Notes: a model not told the origin generated them from the letters alone. A stretch of 64,000 nucleotides of DNA from Cenarchaeum sp. (GCA_965242695.1 CBDESU010000001.1:1888001-1952000), one strand, 5' to 3'. Counted from the first letter of the stretch, positions 11,023 through 20,325 are shown. Translations and numbers: made by a program.

Positions 11023-11880
11023 CTAGCCCGCCTGCGCGGACGCGCGCCCTGCCTGCGCGGCGGCAGCCCCGCCTGCGGACTGCCGAAGCCGCTCCGCATC
11101 TGCGGCCAAGGCGTCAAAGTAGGCCTTGTCCTTCTTGGACTGCTCGATAAACCATGCCGCCTCGCGCCACACTCTCCTCATGTGCCTGCGGTGCTCTTTG
11201 AGCCCCTTTGCCGTGACGCGGTAGATGTCAAACTGGCGGCGCCCATCCTCGCTCTTGTGGAGCAGCTCGATCTCACCTGCCTCGACTGCCTCGCGCACGC
11301 ACTCTTCAGTGTCGTAGCCGGACCGCCGCGCGACGTAGTCGATCTGCCCGACATCGACATCGTCGCACCCCCCGCAGGCCACGACCGCGGCGTGCACGTA
11401 CGGCTCCTCGTCGACAACCAAGGCTGACGGTTCGCTTGACGAGTCCCGCGCGGACGCGCGCCCTGCCTGCGCGGCGGCAGCCCCGCCTGCGGACTGCCGA
11501 AGCCGCTCCTCCTCTGCATCCATGGCGGCAAACTCAGCATCGACCGCTCTGAACCACGGGGCCAGCTCTTCCGCCTCGCGCCAGACCCGCCTCATATGCC
11601 TGCGGTGCTCGCCGAGCCCCTTTGGCGTGACGCGGTAGATGTCAAACTGACGGCGCCCGTCCCCGCTCTTGTGGAACGGCTCGATCTCGTCTGCCTTGAC
11701 GGCTACGTGCACGCACTCTTCAGTGTCGTAGCCGGACCGCCGCGCGACGTAGTCGATCTGCCCGACATCGACAAGATCGTTACCCCCGCAGGCCACGATC
11801 GCGGCGTGCACGTACGGCTCCTCGTCGACAACCAAGGCCGGCGGCTCACTCGACGAGTCCCGCGCGACTGTACCGCTCAT
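11023..11880 (-). CDS. Hypothetical protein made of two tandem ~138-aa winged-helix (PadR-like) modules
   Basis: 414-bp internal duplication; each copy contains GRRQFDIYRVT(P/A)KGL, similar to the PadR wing RxxYxLTxxG. Start uncertain (11880 or 11913). Confidence 0.6.
   Translation of the reverse strand: MSGTVARDSSSEPPALVVDEEPYVHAAIVACGGNDLVDVGQIDYVARRSGYDTEECVHVAVKADEIEPFHKSGDGRRQFDIYRVTPKGLGEHRRHMRRVWREAEELAPWFRAVDAEFAAMDAEEERLRQSAGGAAAAQAGRASARDSSSEPSALVVDEEPYVHAAVVACGGCDDVDVGQIDYVARRSGYDTEECVREAVEAGEIELLHKSEDGRRQFDIYRVTAKGLKEHRRHMRRVWREAAWFIEQSKKDKAYFDALAADAERLRQSAGGAAAAQAGRASAQAG
11034..11866. repeat. Tandem duplication, period 414 bp, two copies
   Basis: CGGCTCCTCGTCGACAACCAAGGC at 11401 and 11815; GCGCGGACGCGCGCCCTGCC at 11034 and 11448. 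Confidence 0.9.
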
Positions 11881-12742
11881 GCATGTCCAACCTCCAACGC
11901 CTGCGCTTGTCAAACAGGGCTATTTTAATGTGATCGGGCGCCGGAATCGGGCAGCCGGCGTGGACGTGGACCTCGCCCTCGCCTGCGTATGACCCGTCCT
12001 TTTCGGCGCCAAACTGCTCTAGCAGGCTGTTCGTGTTGCGCGGGTACGACGAGTAGCGGACGGGCTGCATCCAGCCGCGAAGTGCCACCGTCTTGTATGC
12101 AACCTTGGCAGCCACCCTCCTGCCCAGGAATGGGTTGGATTTCCCGACCGTCATGGGCACCCTGTCCTGTGGGTCGCCCGCCCTCCGCCACCGCCCAACC
12201 AGGTAGTTGTCGATCTCGCCAAGGCTGCCTATGTCGCGGCGGAGCACCGTAATGCCCAGGGCCGCCCTGTAGAGCGCGACGTTGAACCCCTCCAGCTGCT
12301 CTGCGCACGGCTTCCATCGACCATAGACAGGGGCGCCTGCCAGATCGACTATGGTGCCGTTCTTCATGCACGAGCTGACAATGGCGTCGGACGTGCGGTA
12401 GTCAAGGGACTCCAGTGCCGCGTTGAACTTTAGGGCAAACGGTGCGAATGCAGGCTGCGAGTCGGCCAGACTGCGAAGGTTCCTGCCAAGCGGCGCACCC
12501 TCAAAGTCCAGCGCGGGCGCCTTGTTGAAGTTGACCCCGTCCCTGATGGCGTAGTGGTCGGCCCACCCCAGGATGGCCTGCGTGTCAAGCGAGTGCTCGG
12601 CCATGACCGCATGCGCCTCCGGCGAGAACCCGTCGGCGTCGTGCGGCCGCATCTCCGGGCGCCCTCGCAGCGCGGCGCCCGCACCGCCGCCCCGTCCCGA
12701 GCCGTCCACGTTGTCAGTGTCCATGTCGCAAGATTCCCGCAA
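11846..12742 (-). CDS. Hypothetical protein, candidate ADP-ribosyltransferase-fold (R-S-E type)
   Basis: Protein-like composition. Motif order FNVALYRAALGITVLRR ... VPMTVG ... YAGEGEVHV. The functional call is motif-level only. Confidence 0.5.
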   Translation of the reverse strand: MRESCDMDTDNVDGSGRGGGAGAALRGRPEMRPHDADGFSPEAHAVMAEHSLDTQAILGWADHYAIRDGVNFNKAPALDFEGAPLGRNLRSLADSQPAFAPFALKFNAALESLDYRTSDAIVSSCMKNGTIVDLAGAPVYGRWKPCAEQLEGFNVALYRAALGITVLRRDIGSLGEIDNYLVGRWRRAGDPQDRVPMTVGKSNPFLGRRVAAKVAYKTVALRGWMQPVRYSSYPRNTNSLLEQFGAEKDGSYAGEGEVHVHAGCPIPAPDHIKIALFDKRRRWRLDMHERYSRAGLVE

Positions 12743-12746
12743 GGCC

Positions 12747-13352
12747 CTAGCGGGCGCTCGGAGCGACGCGCACCTCGTCGTACTTGTCCAGGATCGAGTT
12801 GAGCACGACCGAGACCGGCACGTTGTTCATGCGCTTCTTCTCGGCGAGCAGCTTTTGGTAGGCATCGAGTGTAATGTACACGGGTATCGAGCCGCTGCCC
12901 TCCAAGAGGCCGCGCACCTTGTAGAGGGCCGTCTCCATGCCGCGCTCGGCAGACTTTGCAAACTTTGCCTTGTCCATTATGGCGCCTAGCGGGCCAAACG
13001 GCATCTCGTAGTCGACCGTCATCGTAACGCGCGTGAGGCCCTCGCCGAGCGCCTCGAACTCGTTGGCGATGCGCCAGTGCTTGAAGGGGCCGTCGATCTG
13101 CTCGGCCGCGATGCGCTCCTCGCGCTCAAACTCGGTCGTGCGGCAGTCCCACTCCAGCCGCTTCCCGCCAAAGTCGCCAATGATCCTAAACGTGGTGCCG
13201 ACGCCCATGCCCTCCTTTATATCCATGGGAATGACCGTCATGCCGACGCCCTTGTCGCTCATCTGGTCCGAGACGTGCTCGGGGCGGGCAAAGTAGGTGA
13301 ATACGGTCGAGATCGGGGCCTTGATCTCTATCGACTTTGTGGCCGTTGCCAA
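12747..13352 (-). CDS. SRPBCC (polyketide cyclase/START) family protein
   Basis: SIEIKAPISTVFTYF...GVGTTF...QIDGPFKHW...VDYEMPFGPLG. TTG start at 13352 with TATA-like patch at about 13377. Confidence 0.88.
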   Translation of the reverse strand: MATATKSIEIKAPISTVFTYFARPEHVSDQMSDKGVGMTVIPMDIKEGMGVGTTFRIIGDFGGKRLEWDCRTTEFEREERIAAEQIDGPFKHWRIANEFEALGEGLTRVTMTVDYEMPFGPLGAIMDKAKFAKSAERGMETALYKVRGLLEGSGSIPVYITLDAYQKLLAEKKRMNNVPVSVVLNSILDKYDEVRVAPSAR

Positions 13353-13780
13353 CGGGCGGCGCCGCCCCGTGTGCGGATTTAAGGGTTTGGAAGGGCGCCC
13401 GCCCGCGCAGGGGCCGCCTGTGCGGGCGGCTGGGCTGGCTGGCAGGCAGGCATCCCGGCACGGGGCGCGCACGGGGCATGCCGCCCGTGCAGGGCGGCGC
13501 GGAGCGATCGCCGTGCGGCGCACGCGGGGGCGGCGCATGGGACGGATGGCAGGCAGGCGCCCGGCAGCCTGTTCAACAGTGCCGGCCGCATACCGCGGCG
13601 ATCTCTTCCCCCCCCTCCCCGCGCAGTCCCCTTGCCCGCCGCACCCAGGACCGCTTCCGGCATCGGCGGCCCGCCCTCCGCCCCCCCCCCCTCCCCCCGC
13701 CCCTCCCCACTAGCGGCCGGCGGGCCGCCTGCCGCCGCCGAGGGCGCAACCTAAAAGGCGGGCGCGTGCGGGGGCGGCGC

Positions 13781-14410
13781 ATGAGGCTGCTCAAGAAGGG
13801 CGCCGAGGGCGACGTGTACGAGACCGCATGGGACGGGCGCAGGGCAGTCCTCAAGGTGCGCAGGCCCAAGCCGTACCGGAACCGCCGCCTGGACGAGTCG
13901 ATCCGCAAGAGGAGGACTGTCCGCGAGGCCGAGATGCTCGTCCTTGCAAAGGCCGCCGGCGTGTCAGCCCCGCTCGTGTACTTTGTCGACCCGCCGGCCG
14001 CCTCGATCACAATGCAGTACGTTGCGGGCCGGCCGGCGCACGGCTTTGCCGGCAGGAGGCTCGCCGCGCTGTGCAGGCACATGGGCAGGGCCGCCGGCAG
14101 GCTGCACAGGGCGGGGATCATGCACGGCGACCTTACGACGTCGAACTTTATCGCGCTCGGCGGCAGGGGCGGCGGCGTTGCAGTCGTCGACTTTGGGCTG
14201 TCCTCGCGCACCGCACGGGACGAGGATCACGCCGTCGACCTGCGGCTGTTCAAGGAGATACTCGGGAGCGCCCACGTCGACGACATGGACGCCGCGTGGC
14301 GCGCGTTCCTTGCGGGGTACGGGCCGGCCGTCGGGGCTGCAAGGAGGGAGAGGATCGAGCGGATCGTGGCAGACATAGAGGCGAGGGGAAGGTATGCCGC
14401 GGTCGTATGA
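13781..14410 (+). CDS. bud32: KEOPS complex kinase/ATPase Bud32
   Basis: KGAEG, VLKVRRPKPYR, HGDLTTSN, VDFGLS, AVDL. Confidence 0.95.
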   Translation: MRLLKKGAEGDVYETAWDGRRAVLKVRRPKPYRNRRLDESIRKRRTVREAEMLVLAKAAGVSAPLVYFVDPPAASITMQYVAGRPAHGFAGRRLAALCRHMGRAAGRLHRAGIMHGDLTTSNFIALGGRGGGVAVVDFGLSSRTARDEDHAVDLRLFKEILGSAHVDDMDAAWRAFLAGYGPAVGAARRERIERIVADIEARGRYAAVV

Positions 14411-15140
14411 GCGGCCGCGGCCGTCGGCCATACTATGGGACTCCGCCGGCGCCCGCTTTCGCGAGTGGACGGCGGCCGATGCCCGCACGGTCCTGTTCGC
14501 CACGTCGAACGAGGACAAGTTCGCCGAGGCGTCGGCGATACTCGCGGGGCTCGGCATCAAATGCGAGATGTTCAGGTGCGAGCTGGAAGAGGTCCAGTCC
14601 ATCGCCCTCCCAGAGATAGCGGCCCGCAAGGCAGGGTTGGCCGCTGCCGCGTGCGGCAGGAAATGGCACGTCATTGCAGAGGACGACGGCCTGTTCGTCG
14701 ATGCGCTGCGCGGCTTTCCCGGGCCCTACGCGGCGTACGTGCACGAGACGATCGGCGCGCCGGCCCTGCGCCGCCTCCTGCCGCGCGGCGCGCCAGCGGC
14801 GGCCTCGTTCACCTCGGCCGTGTCGTACGAGGGGCCGATCCGCAGGGCGATCGCTGGCGGCAGGAGGCGCGAGCGCGAGGAGGGGCGCAGGCTTGGCACG
14901 GGGAGCCGCGGCCGCATCGTGTTCATGGGAGAGGCGAAGGGGACGATTGCGGCGCGGCCGCGCGGATCGGGGTGGGGGTACGACCCCGTGTTCGTCCCGT
15001 CCGGCGGCAAAAGGACGTTTGCCGAGATGGGCGAGGCCGAAAAGAACGAAGTGTCGCACCGGCGCGCTGCGCTGTCCGACTTTGCCGCGTGGTTTGCCGC
15101 CAACGCCGCCCCCTCGCAAAAGGGCCGCGCGGGGCGGTGA
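14394..15140 (+). CDS. rdgB: Non-canonical purine NTP pyrophosphatase (RdgB/HAM1)
   Basis: FATSNEDK, EDDGLFVDALRGFPGPY, GWGYDPVF, KNEVSHR. Start uncertain. Confidence 0.92.
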   Translation: MPRSYERPRPSAILWDSAGARFREWTAADARTVLFATSNEDKFAEASAILAGLGIKCEMFRCELEEVQSIALPEIAARKAGLAAAACGRKWHVIAEDDGLFVDALRGFPGPYAAYVHETIGAPALRRLLPRGAPAAASFTSAVSYEGPIRRAIAGGRRREREEGRRLGTGSRGRIVFMGEAKGTIAARPRGSGWGYDPVFVPSGGKRTFAEMGEAEKNEVSHRRAALSDFAAWFAANAAPSQKGRAGR

Positions 15141-15159
15141 GGGCCCCGCGGCGCAGCCG

Positions 15160-16227
15160 TCAAGCCGCCGCCGCCGCCGCCGGCGCGGACAGCTCGGCCC
15201 GCGGCCCGCGGATCTCGCGCTCTATGGGCCGCACTGCGTTGGCAAGCAGGACTATCCTAGACGGCACGCTCTCGTCGGCGACCTCTAGGCTGCCGCCGGA
15301 CGCGGCTGACATGCCAGCGGCGAATCGGCGCACCTCCTCGTGCGGCATCATGTGGTCGCGCTCGAGGCGGTTTATCGACCTGCCCACGTGCATGTACGAC
15401 TTTGCCTCCACAAAGTGCGGCGAGGCATCCGCGAGCATCCCGGCGAACGCGGCGTCCATGCCCGGCCCCGTGTTGTACCCGCGGATGAGCGTTATCCGGA
15501 TTACAGTCCTGGTGCGCAGATCCCTCAGCAGGCCGAGCGACTCGTTCCACCGCTCCCAAGAGTCGGCGTACCTCGGCCGGTTTATGCGCTCGAACGACCC
15601 GCGGTCGGCCGCGTTCGTCGACAGGTACAGCTGCGTCGGCAGGGCGTCCTCGTCGGCCAGGCGGCGCAGCATGGCAGGCTCCTGCCCGTTCGTCACGAGG
15701 AATATCGAGCGCGTCGCCGGCAGGCCCCGCAGGTGCCGGATCAGCTCGGGCAGGCGCGGGTACATGGTCGGCTCGCCGGACAGGGATATGGCGTAGTGCG
15801 ACGGCGCGAGCGACTCGTCGAGCCTCGAGCGGTCGGCGCGCGCATCGCCGTAGTGGCCCATTATGAGGCGGCGGCGCTCGTCCATGAGCCGCTCGACGAC
15901 CTCCTTGGGGCCGAGCGCATCGGCGGGATCCATCGCCGACGACTCGTAGAATTCCATGGGCCGCCAGCAGTACACGCACCTGTTCTGGCACAGCATGCCG
16001 GCCGGCGAGAACTCCATGCACCGGTGCGTCGCTATCCCGTAGAACCTGTGCTTGTAGCAGTCGCCGTCGTGCCGGAACGACTTTTTCGTCCAGTGGCACA
16101 GGTCGACGGTCGCGTGGCCGGCCACGCCGTACTTTGCCCTCTTCAGCTCGGCGAGTATGCCCGGCCTTATGCTGATCAGGTCGCCGTCCCGGCCCTCCCC
16201 GTCCACGACCTCGCCCGAGCAGCTCAT
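15160..16227 (-). CDS. taw1: 4-demethylwyosine synthase Taw1/TYW1 (radical SAM)
   Basis: CHWTK, CYKHRFYGI, CQNRCVYCWR, ISLSGEPT, FLVTNG. Confidence 0.95.
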   Translation of the reverse strand: MSCSGEVVDGEGRDGDLISIRPGILAELKRAKYGVAGHATVDLCHWTKKSFRHDGDCYKHRFYGIATHRCMEFSPAGMLCQNRCVYCWRPMEFYESSAMDPADALGPKEVVERLMDERRRLIMGHYGDARADRSRLDESLAPSHYAISLSGEPTMYPRLPELIRHLRGLPATRSIFLVTNGQEPAMLRRLADEDALPTQLYLSTNAADRGSFERINRPRYADSWERWNESLGLLRDLRTRTVIRITLIRGYNTGPGMDAAFAGMLADASPHFVEAKSYMHVGRSINRLERDHMMPHEEVRRFAAGMSAASGGSLEVADESVPSRIVLLANAVRPIEREIRGPRAELSAPAAAAAA

Positions 16228-17534
16228 GTCCGCGCGGCGGCCCCCGCCGTATTAAACGTGTCCGCCGGCGCCGCCGCGCCCCTGCGCGCGGCGCACGCCC
16301 TCAGGTAGTCGCGAAGGACGCGGTCCCGCACCGCAAAGCCGCTCTTGTCGTCAAGAAGGTCCGCATCTACGAGGGGGCGGACGTACCGCGGAAGGCGCTC
16401 GATCCTGTACGAGAGCGCCTTTGCCATGGCGGAATACGTCGGGATTCCTCCGCCGTCGCCGGCCGTCGCCACCGCCTCCAGTATGGCCCTCGACAGGGGG
16501 CTCTTCACGGCCGAGCCGAGGTCTTCAGACAACATGTACTCGCAGTACAGGTGGAGCTGGCCGAGCGGCGGCTCGAGCGAGCGCCGGTACGTGCTTTCCA
16601 TGTCCGCTTTGCCGTCCCAGGCCTCGGCCAGCGCCAGCAGGTAGTACGGATGCCCGCCGACCAGCCCGTGCGCGGCTGCGGCGGCGCGCGCAACGGCGGC
16701 GGCTGACGGGCCGCCGCGGGCGCCGGTTCCTTCCGCCAGGCCCCGGGACCGCACGTACCTTTTGAAGAGTAGGACGGAGCTGGCCTTGTCCATGTCCCCG
16801 ACCCTCTGCATGTAAAAGTGCGCAAAGAGGGGCGAGCGCCCTCCGCCCAGGATCGCTTCGGAGAGGTGCACGTGCGAGCCGCTGACGACGAATGATACGT
16901 TCGGGCCCCTGTCCTGGATTGCGCTGCGAAATAGCGCAAAAACGTCCTTCAGGCCAGGATACTTGGAGAGGGCGGCAAGATCCTGAAACTCGTCGATCAT
17001 CACTATGAACTTCAGGTGATCCTTCTCGGCCAGCGCGCTAGCCGACCCCAGTACGGATGCAAACAAGCGTCCGTAGTCGGGGCGCTTTTCGTCGACTACG
17101 AGACGCGCTGTCACCGTCCCCTCTCCGCTGACTCCAAGCTCGACGGATTTGATCCGCTTGTTAAGCAGTGCGGCCGTTGCCCTGTTGGCCAAGCGAAGGA
17201 TGCGATCGCGGCCCGCGGCTGCGGAGCCCGACCGGGTCCTCTTGGCAGACATGTAGGCACCAAGTATGGCCTTTTCGAGCGAGTCGAAGAGGCGGCGTGG
17301 CTCCGTCAAGTTCTCGCGGACGTCAAAGTATGCCACCGCCACGTTGTTGCGGCCCGCCAGCTCGTGCATGGCCCTGCGGAGGATTGTGGTCTTGCCAATC
17401 CGCCGGTGTCCTACGACTGCAACGTTGTAGTTGATCTTGCGGGACAGCATTTTTGACACAAGGTCGGATGTCTCGGCCTCGCGATCTACCACGGCGGCAG
17501 GATCGGCTGGCGAGCCGATGCGAAACTCCGACAC
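16224..17534 (-). CDS. Archaeal-type solo P-loop ATPase with C-terminal winged helix
   Basis: VDREAE, Walker A GHRRIGKTT, Walker B MIDEFQ, VVSGS, GGHPYY. Confidence 0.88.
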   Translation of the reverse strand: MSEFRIGSPADPAAVVDREAETSDLVSKMLSRKINYNVAVVGHRRIGKTTILRRAMHELAGRNNVAVAYFDVRENLTEPRRLFDSLEKAILGAYMSAKRTRSGSAAAGRDRILRLANRATAALLNKRIKSVELGVSGEGTVTARLVVDEKRPDYGRLFASVLGSASALAEKDHLKFIVMIDEFQDLAALSKYPGLKDVFALFRSAIQDRGPNVSFVVSGSHVHLSEAILGGGRSPLFAHFYMQRVGDMDKASSVLLFKRYVRSRGLAEGTGARGGPSAAAVARAAAAAHGLVGGHPYYLLALAEAWDGKADMESTYRRSLEPPLGQLHLYCEYMLSEDLGSAVKSPLSRAILEAVATAGDGGGIPTYSAMAKALSYRIERLPRYVRPLVDADLLDDKSGFAVRDRVLRDYLRACAARRGAAAPADTFNTAGAAART

Positions 17535-17598
17535 GGCGCGGCGCGGCGCGCCCGTCCATATATTTTGTTTGGAAGGCGTATGCGCGTTTGGGTGCTCT

Positions 17599-17662
17599 TA
17601 TACCAGTTGGTATATATACCAGTTGGTATATATACCAGTTGGTATATATACCAGTTGGTATA
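17599..17662. repeat. Tandem array of four 16-bp quasi-palindromic units TATACCAGTTGGTATA
   Basis: CCAGTTGG at 17603, 17619, 17635 and 17651, separated by TATATATA. Confidence 0.95.
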
Positions 17663-17862
17663 CAACAACAGGCAACAGCGGTGAAAACGGCTTGGCCAGT
17701 AGCCCCTGCACGCCCCAAATGAAGGCCAGAGGTCGAGCCGCCATCGCCGCCGCTACCCCCCCCCCCCAACGAATAAAGCGCGGCGCCGGCTGCCCGGGCC
17801 ATGGGCAGCAGCAGCGCCGCGCCGGGCGCGCCGCGGTGCGGACGCCGGCGGGGGGCCGGGAA

Positions 17863-18870
17863 ATGACGGGATCGGCCAGGGGCCGCCTCCCGCAGTTCAG
17901 CGGCAGGGCCTTTTTGGCGCCCATGGCAGGCGTGAGCGATCCGGCGCTGCGCCTCCTGTGCCGGCGGCGCGGCGCCGGCCTCGTGGTCACCGAGTTTACG
18001 AGCGTGCATGCCATAGTGGCAAAGGAGCGCGAGCTGCGCGGCAGGTCCCGCCCGATAACGGACTTTGTAGAGTACTCGGACGAGGAGCGCCCACTGTCGG
18101 TGCAGCTGTTCGGCTCGGACACGGAGGCGCTCGGGAAGGCCGCGTCCATCGTCGCCCCATACTTTGACATCATCGACTACAACATGGGCTGCCCGGCCCC
18201 CCACATTACGAGGCAGATGGCCGGCGGCGCGCTGCTCCAGCACGAGGGCCTGACGCGGCGCATACTGCGCACGCTAGTCGAGTCGGCCGGCGGCAGGCCG
18301 GTCACGCTAAAGGTGCGCGCAGGGGTCACGCCCGACGGCGACAGGGCGTTCCTCGGCATCGCCAGGATCGCCGAGGAAGAGGGGGTCGCGATGGTCACGC
18401 TGCACCCCCGCACCGTGAGCCAGGGGTACTCGGGCAGGTCGGACTGGTCGCTGATCGGCGAGCTCAAACGCACGGTCGGCATCCCCGTCGTCGGCAACGG
18501 GGACATTGCGGCGCCCGAGGACGCGCGCGACATGATCGAGCAGACGGGGTGCGACTACGTCATGATAGGGAGGGGCGCGATGGGCAACCCGTTCATATTC
18601 GAGCAGGTCAACGACCTGCTCTCGCGCGGGTCGTACCGCTCGTACGGGGCCGCCGACAGGATCGCCGCGTTCTTCGAGTACATGGAGGCGGCGGCGGGGT
18701 TCGGCATCAGGCTGTCGAGCATGCGCATGCAGGCGATGAGGTTCGTAAAGGGCATCCCCGGCGCGGCCAGGCTGAGGCCGCTCCTGGCCGCCGCGCGCGG
18801 CGCCGGCGAGATCGAGGAGATCGTGCGCGGGGCGGCCGGCAGCCCCGGCGGGAGGTCCCCCTCCCCCTAG
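17863..18870 (+). CDS. dusB: tRNA-dihydrouridine synthase (DusB-like)
   Basis: LAPMAGVSD, VQLFG, DYNMGCP, TLHPRT, GNGDI, VMIGRGAMGNP. Confidence 0.93.
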   Translation: MTGSARGRLPQFSGRAFLAPMAGVSDPALRLLCRRRGAGLVVTEFTSVHAIVAKERELRGRSRPITDFVEYSDEERPLSVQLFGSDTEALGKAASIVAPYFDIIDYNMGCPAPHITRQMAGGALLQHEGLTRRILRTLVESAGGRPVTLKVRAGVTPDGDRAFLGIARIAEEEGVAMVTLHPRTVSQGYSGRSDWSLIGELKRTVGIPVVGNGDIAAPEDARDMIEQTGCDYVMIGRGAMGNPFIFEQVNDLLSRGSYRSYGAADRIAAFFEYMEAAAGFGIRLSSMRMQAMRFVKGIPGAARLRPLLAAARGAGEIEEIVRGAAGSPGGRSPSP

Positions 18871-19877
18871 CCGCCCATCCAGCCGGCGCGCCTAAAGTAC
18901 GCGTACATTGCCGCGGCGGGCACCGTCGATGCGAGTATGATCGAGTAGAACACGAGGTGCGACTCGCCGCCCTGCCCGGCCGCCCCGGGCAGGGCCACGT
19001 TCATCCCGTAGAACGTCCCGATCACGGTGGCCGGGATTGCCAGCGTGAATATTATGGTGAGGACGGCCAGCACCCTGTTGGTCTTTTCGGTGCTCAGCAT
19101 AAAGTCGGTGTCCTTGTAAATCTCCATGGTCTCCCGGGACTCTTCGAGCGCGTCCATGACCTTGTCGAGGTGGTCTATGACGTCGTCAAAGTACAGCTTT
19201 AGGTCGCCGCTGCCCGACATGCGGTCGACCTGGCCGCTAGCCTCCGTCACGATGCGCTTGAGGGGGTTGACGATGCGCCGGAGCACCATGATCTCGCGGC
19301 GCAGCACGGATATCTTGCGCGCCGCCGACCTCTTGTCGTCGAAGACCTCTTCCTCGATGTCCTCGAGGTTGGCCATGACGCGCCTCAGCGTGTGCAGGAG
19401 GTCGTCGACGAGCGAGTCGACGATCTCGTGGAGGAGCGATCCGGTGGAGCGGCCGAGCAGCCGAGCGCGGCGCTCGTCGCCCGGATCCCCCTCCCCGCTG
19501 CATGCGTCGACGAGCTCCACGAGCGGGGCGAGCTCGCCCTGGTGGACCGTAATCAGGAAGCCGCGCCCGACGAACATGGACAGCTGGCTGTGGCGCGGCA
19601 TGAACTCCTTTGACGCAAGGGGCGGGAAGTGGAGCAGCAGGAACATGTGGTCGTCGTACACGTCGATCTTTGGCAGCTCGAACTTTGTCAGGCAGTCCTC
19701 TACGTTGAGGGCGTTGAGGCCGTACTCGCGGGCCAGGTCCCCGACGCGCTGCCGGTCGGGATTCTCGAGGTCGATCCAGGTGAACCCGGTGCCCTCGAGC
19801 ACGGTCTGCTTTGCGCCGCCCCCGCCGGCCCCCCCGTCGCGGCCGCGCAGCCTGAGGGGTATGATCTGGCGCTTCAC
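18867..19877 (-). CDS. corA: CorA family Mg2+/Co2+ transporter
   Basis: WIDL, C-terminal two TM helices with YGMN signature. Confidence 0.94.
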   Translation of the reverse strand: MKRQIIPLRLRGRDGGAGGGGAKQTVLEGTGFTWIDLENPDRQRVGDLAREYGLNALNVEDCLTKFELPKIDVYDDHMFLLLHFPPLASKEFMPRHSQLSMFVGRGFLITVHQGELAPLVELVDACSGEGDPGDERRARLLGRSTGSLLHEIVDSLVDDLLHTLRRVMANLEDIEEEVFDDKRSAARKISVLRREIMVLRRIVNPLKRIVTEASGQVDRMSGSGDLKLYFDDVIDHLDKVMDALEESRETMEIYKDTDFMLSTEKTNRVLAVLTIIFTLAIPATVIGTFYGMNVALPGAAGQGGESHLVFYSIILASTVPAAAMYAYFRRAGWMGG

Positions 19878-19972
19878 GCGCGCGCCGGGCGCGGCGGCGA
19901 TTTAAAGATGATCAGGCGGCAGTGCGCGCGGGCCGCCGCGCCCGGCGCGCCGGTAGCGGCGGGGCCCCACGC

Positions 19973-20059
19973 CTACTTGAACGGCAGGAACGAGTACGTC
20001 CCGTAATAGACGACGGCCGCGGCCACGGCCATGCCGATCCACCAGCCCTTGCTGGACAT
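19973..20059 (-). CDS. 28-aa single-pass membrane peptide MSSKGWWIGMAVAAAVVYYGTYSFLPFK
   Basis: ATG 20059 to TAG 19973, host-like GC3 codons, TATA-like TTTATTAT about 25 bp upstream. Too short for the ORF track. Confidence 0.65.
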   Translation of the reverse strand: MSSKGWWIGMAVAAAVVYYGTYSFLPFK

Positions 20060-20204
20060 GGGCGGCAGGGGCGCGGCTCCGATAATAAACGTAGGCGGCG
20101 CGCCGCGGAGGCGCGCCCGATCGGTGGCGCCTGCGGTGGGCGCAGAGGCCGGGGCGCGGGCGCGCGGGCAACGGTTATTACCGGCGGCATGCTTGGCCCT
20201 GCGT

Positions 20205-20279
20205 GGCCTCTGTAGTATAGTGGTAGTATATAGGACTGTGGATCCTAGGGCGGGGGTTCGATTCTCCCCGGAGGCCCCA
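20205..20279 (+). tRNA. tRNA-His(GTG), with genomic G-1 and CCA
   Basis: G-GCCTCTG...CGGAGGC-C-CCA, anticodon arm TAGGA-CTGTGGA-TCCTA, T-loop GGTTCGATTC. TTATTA at about 20175. Confidence 0.96.
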
Positions 20280-20325
20280 CTACGTTATTCCCGGGCAGGG
20301 CGCCGGCCGCTCGCGGCGGGCCCGG

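Noticed and set aside
20205-20279. Genome-encoded G-1 and CCA in tRNA-His as a novelty
   Set aside because: Common in archaeal tRNA-His genes.
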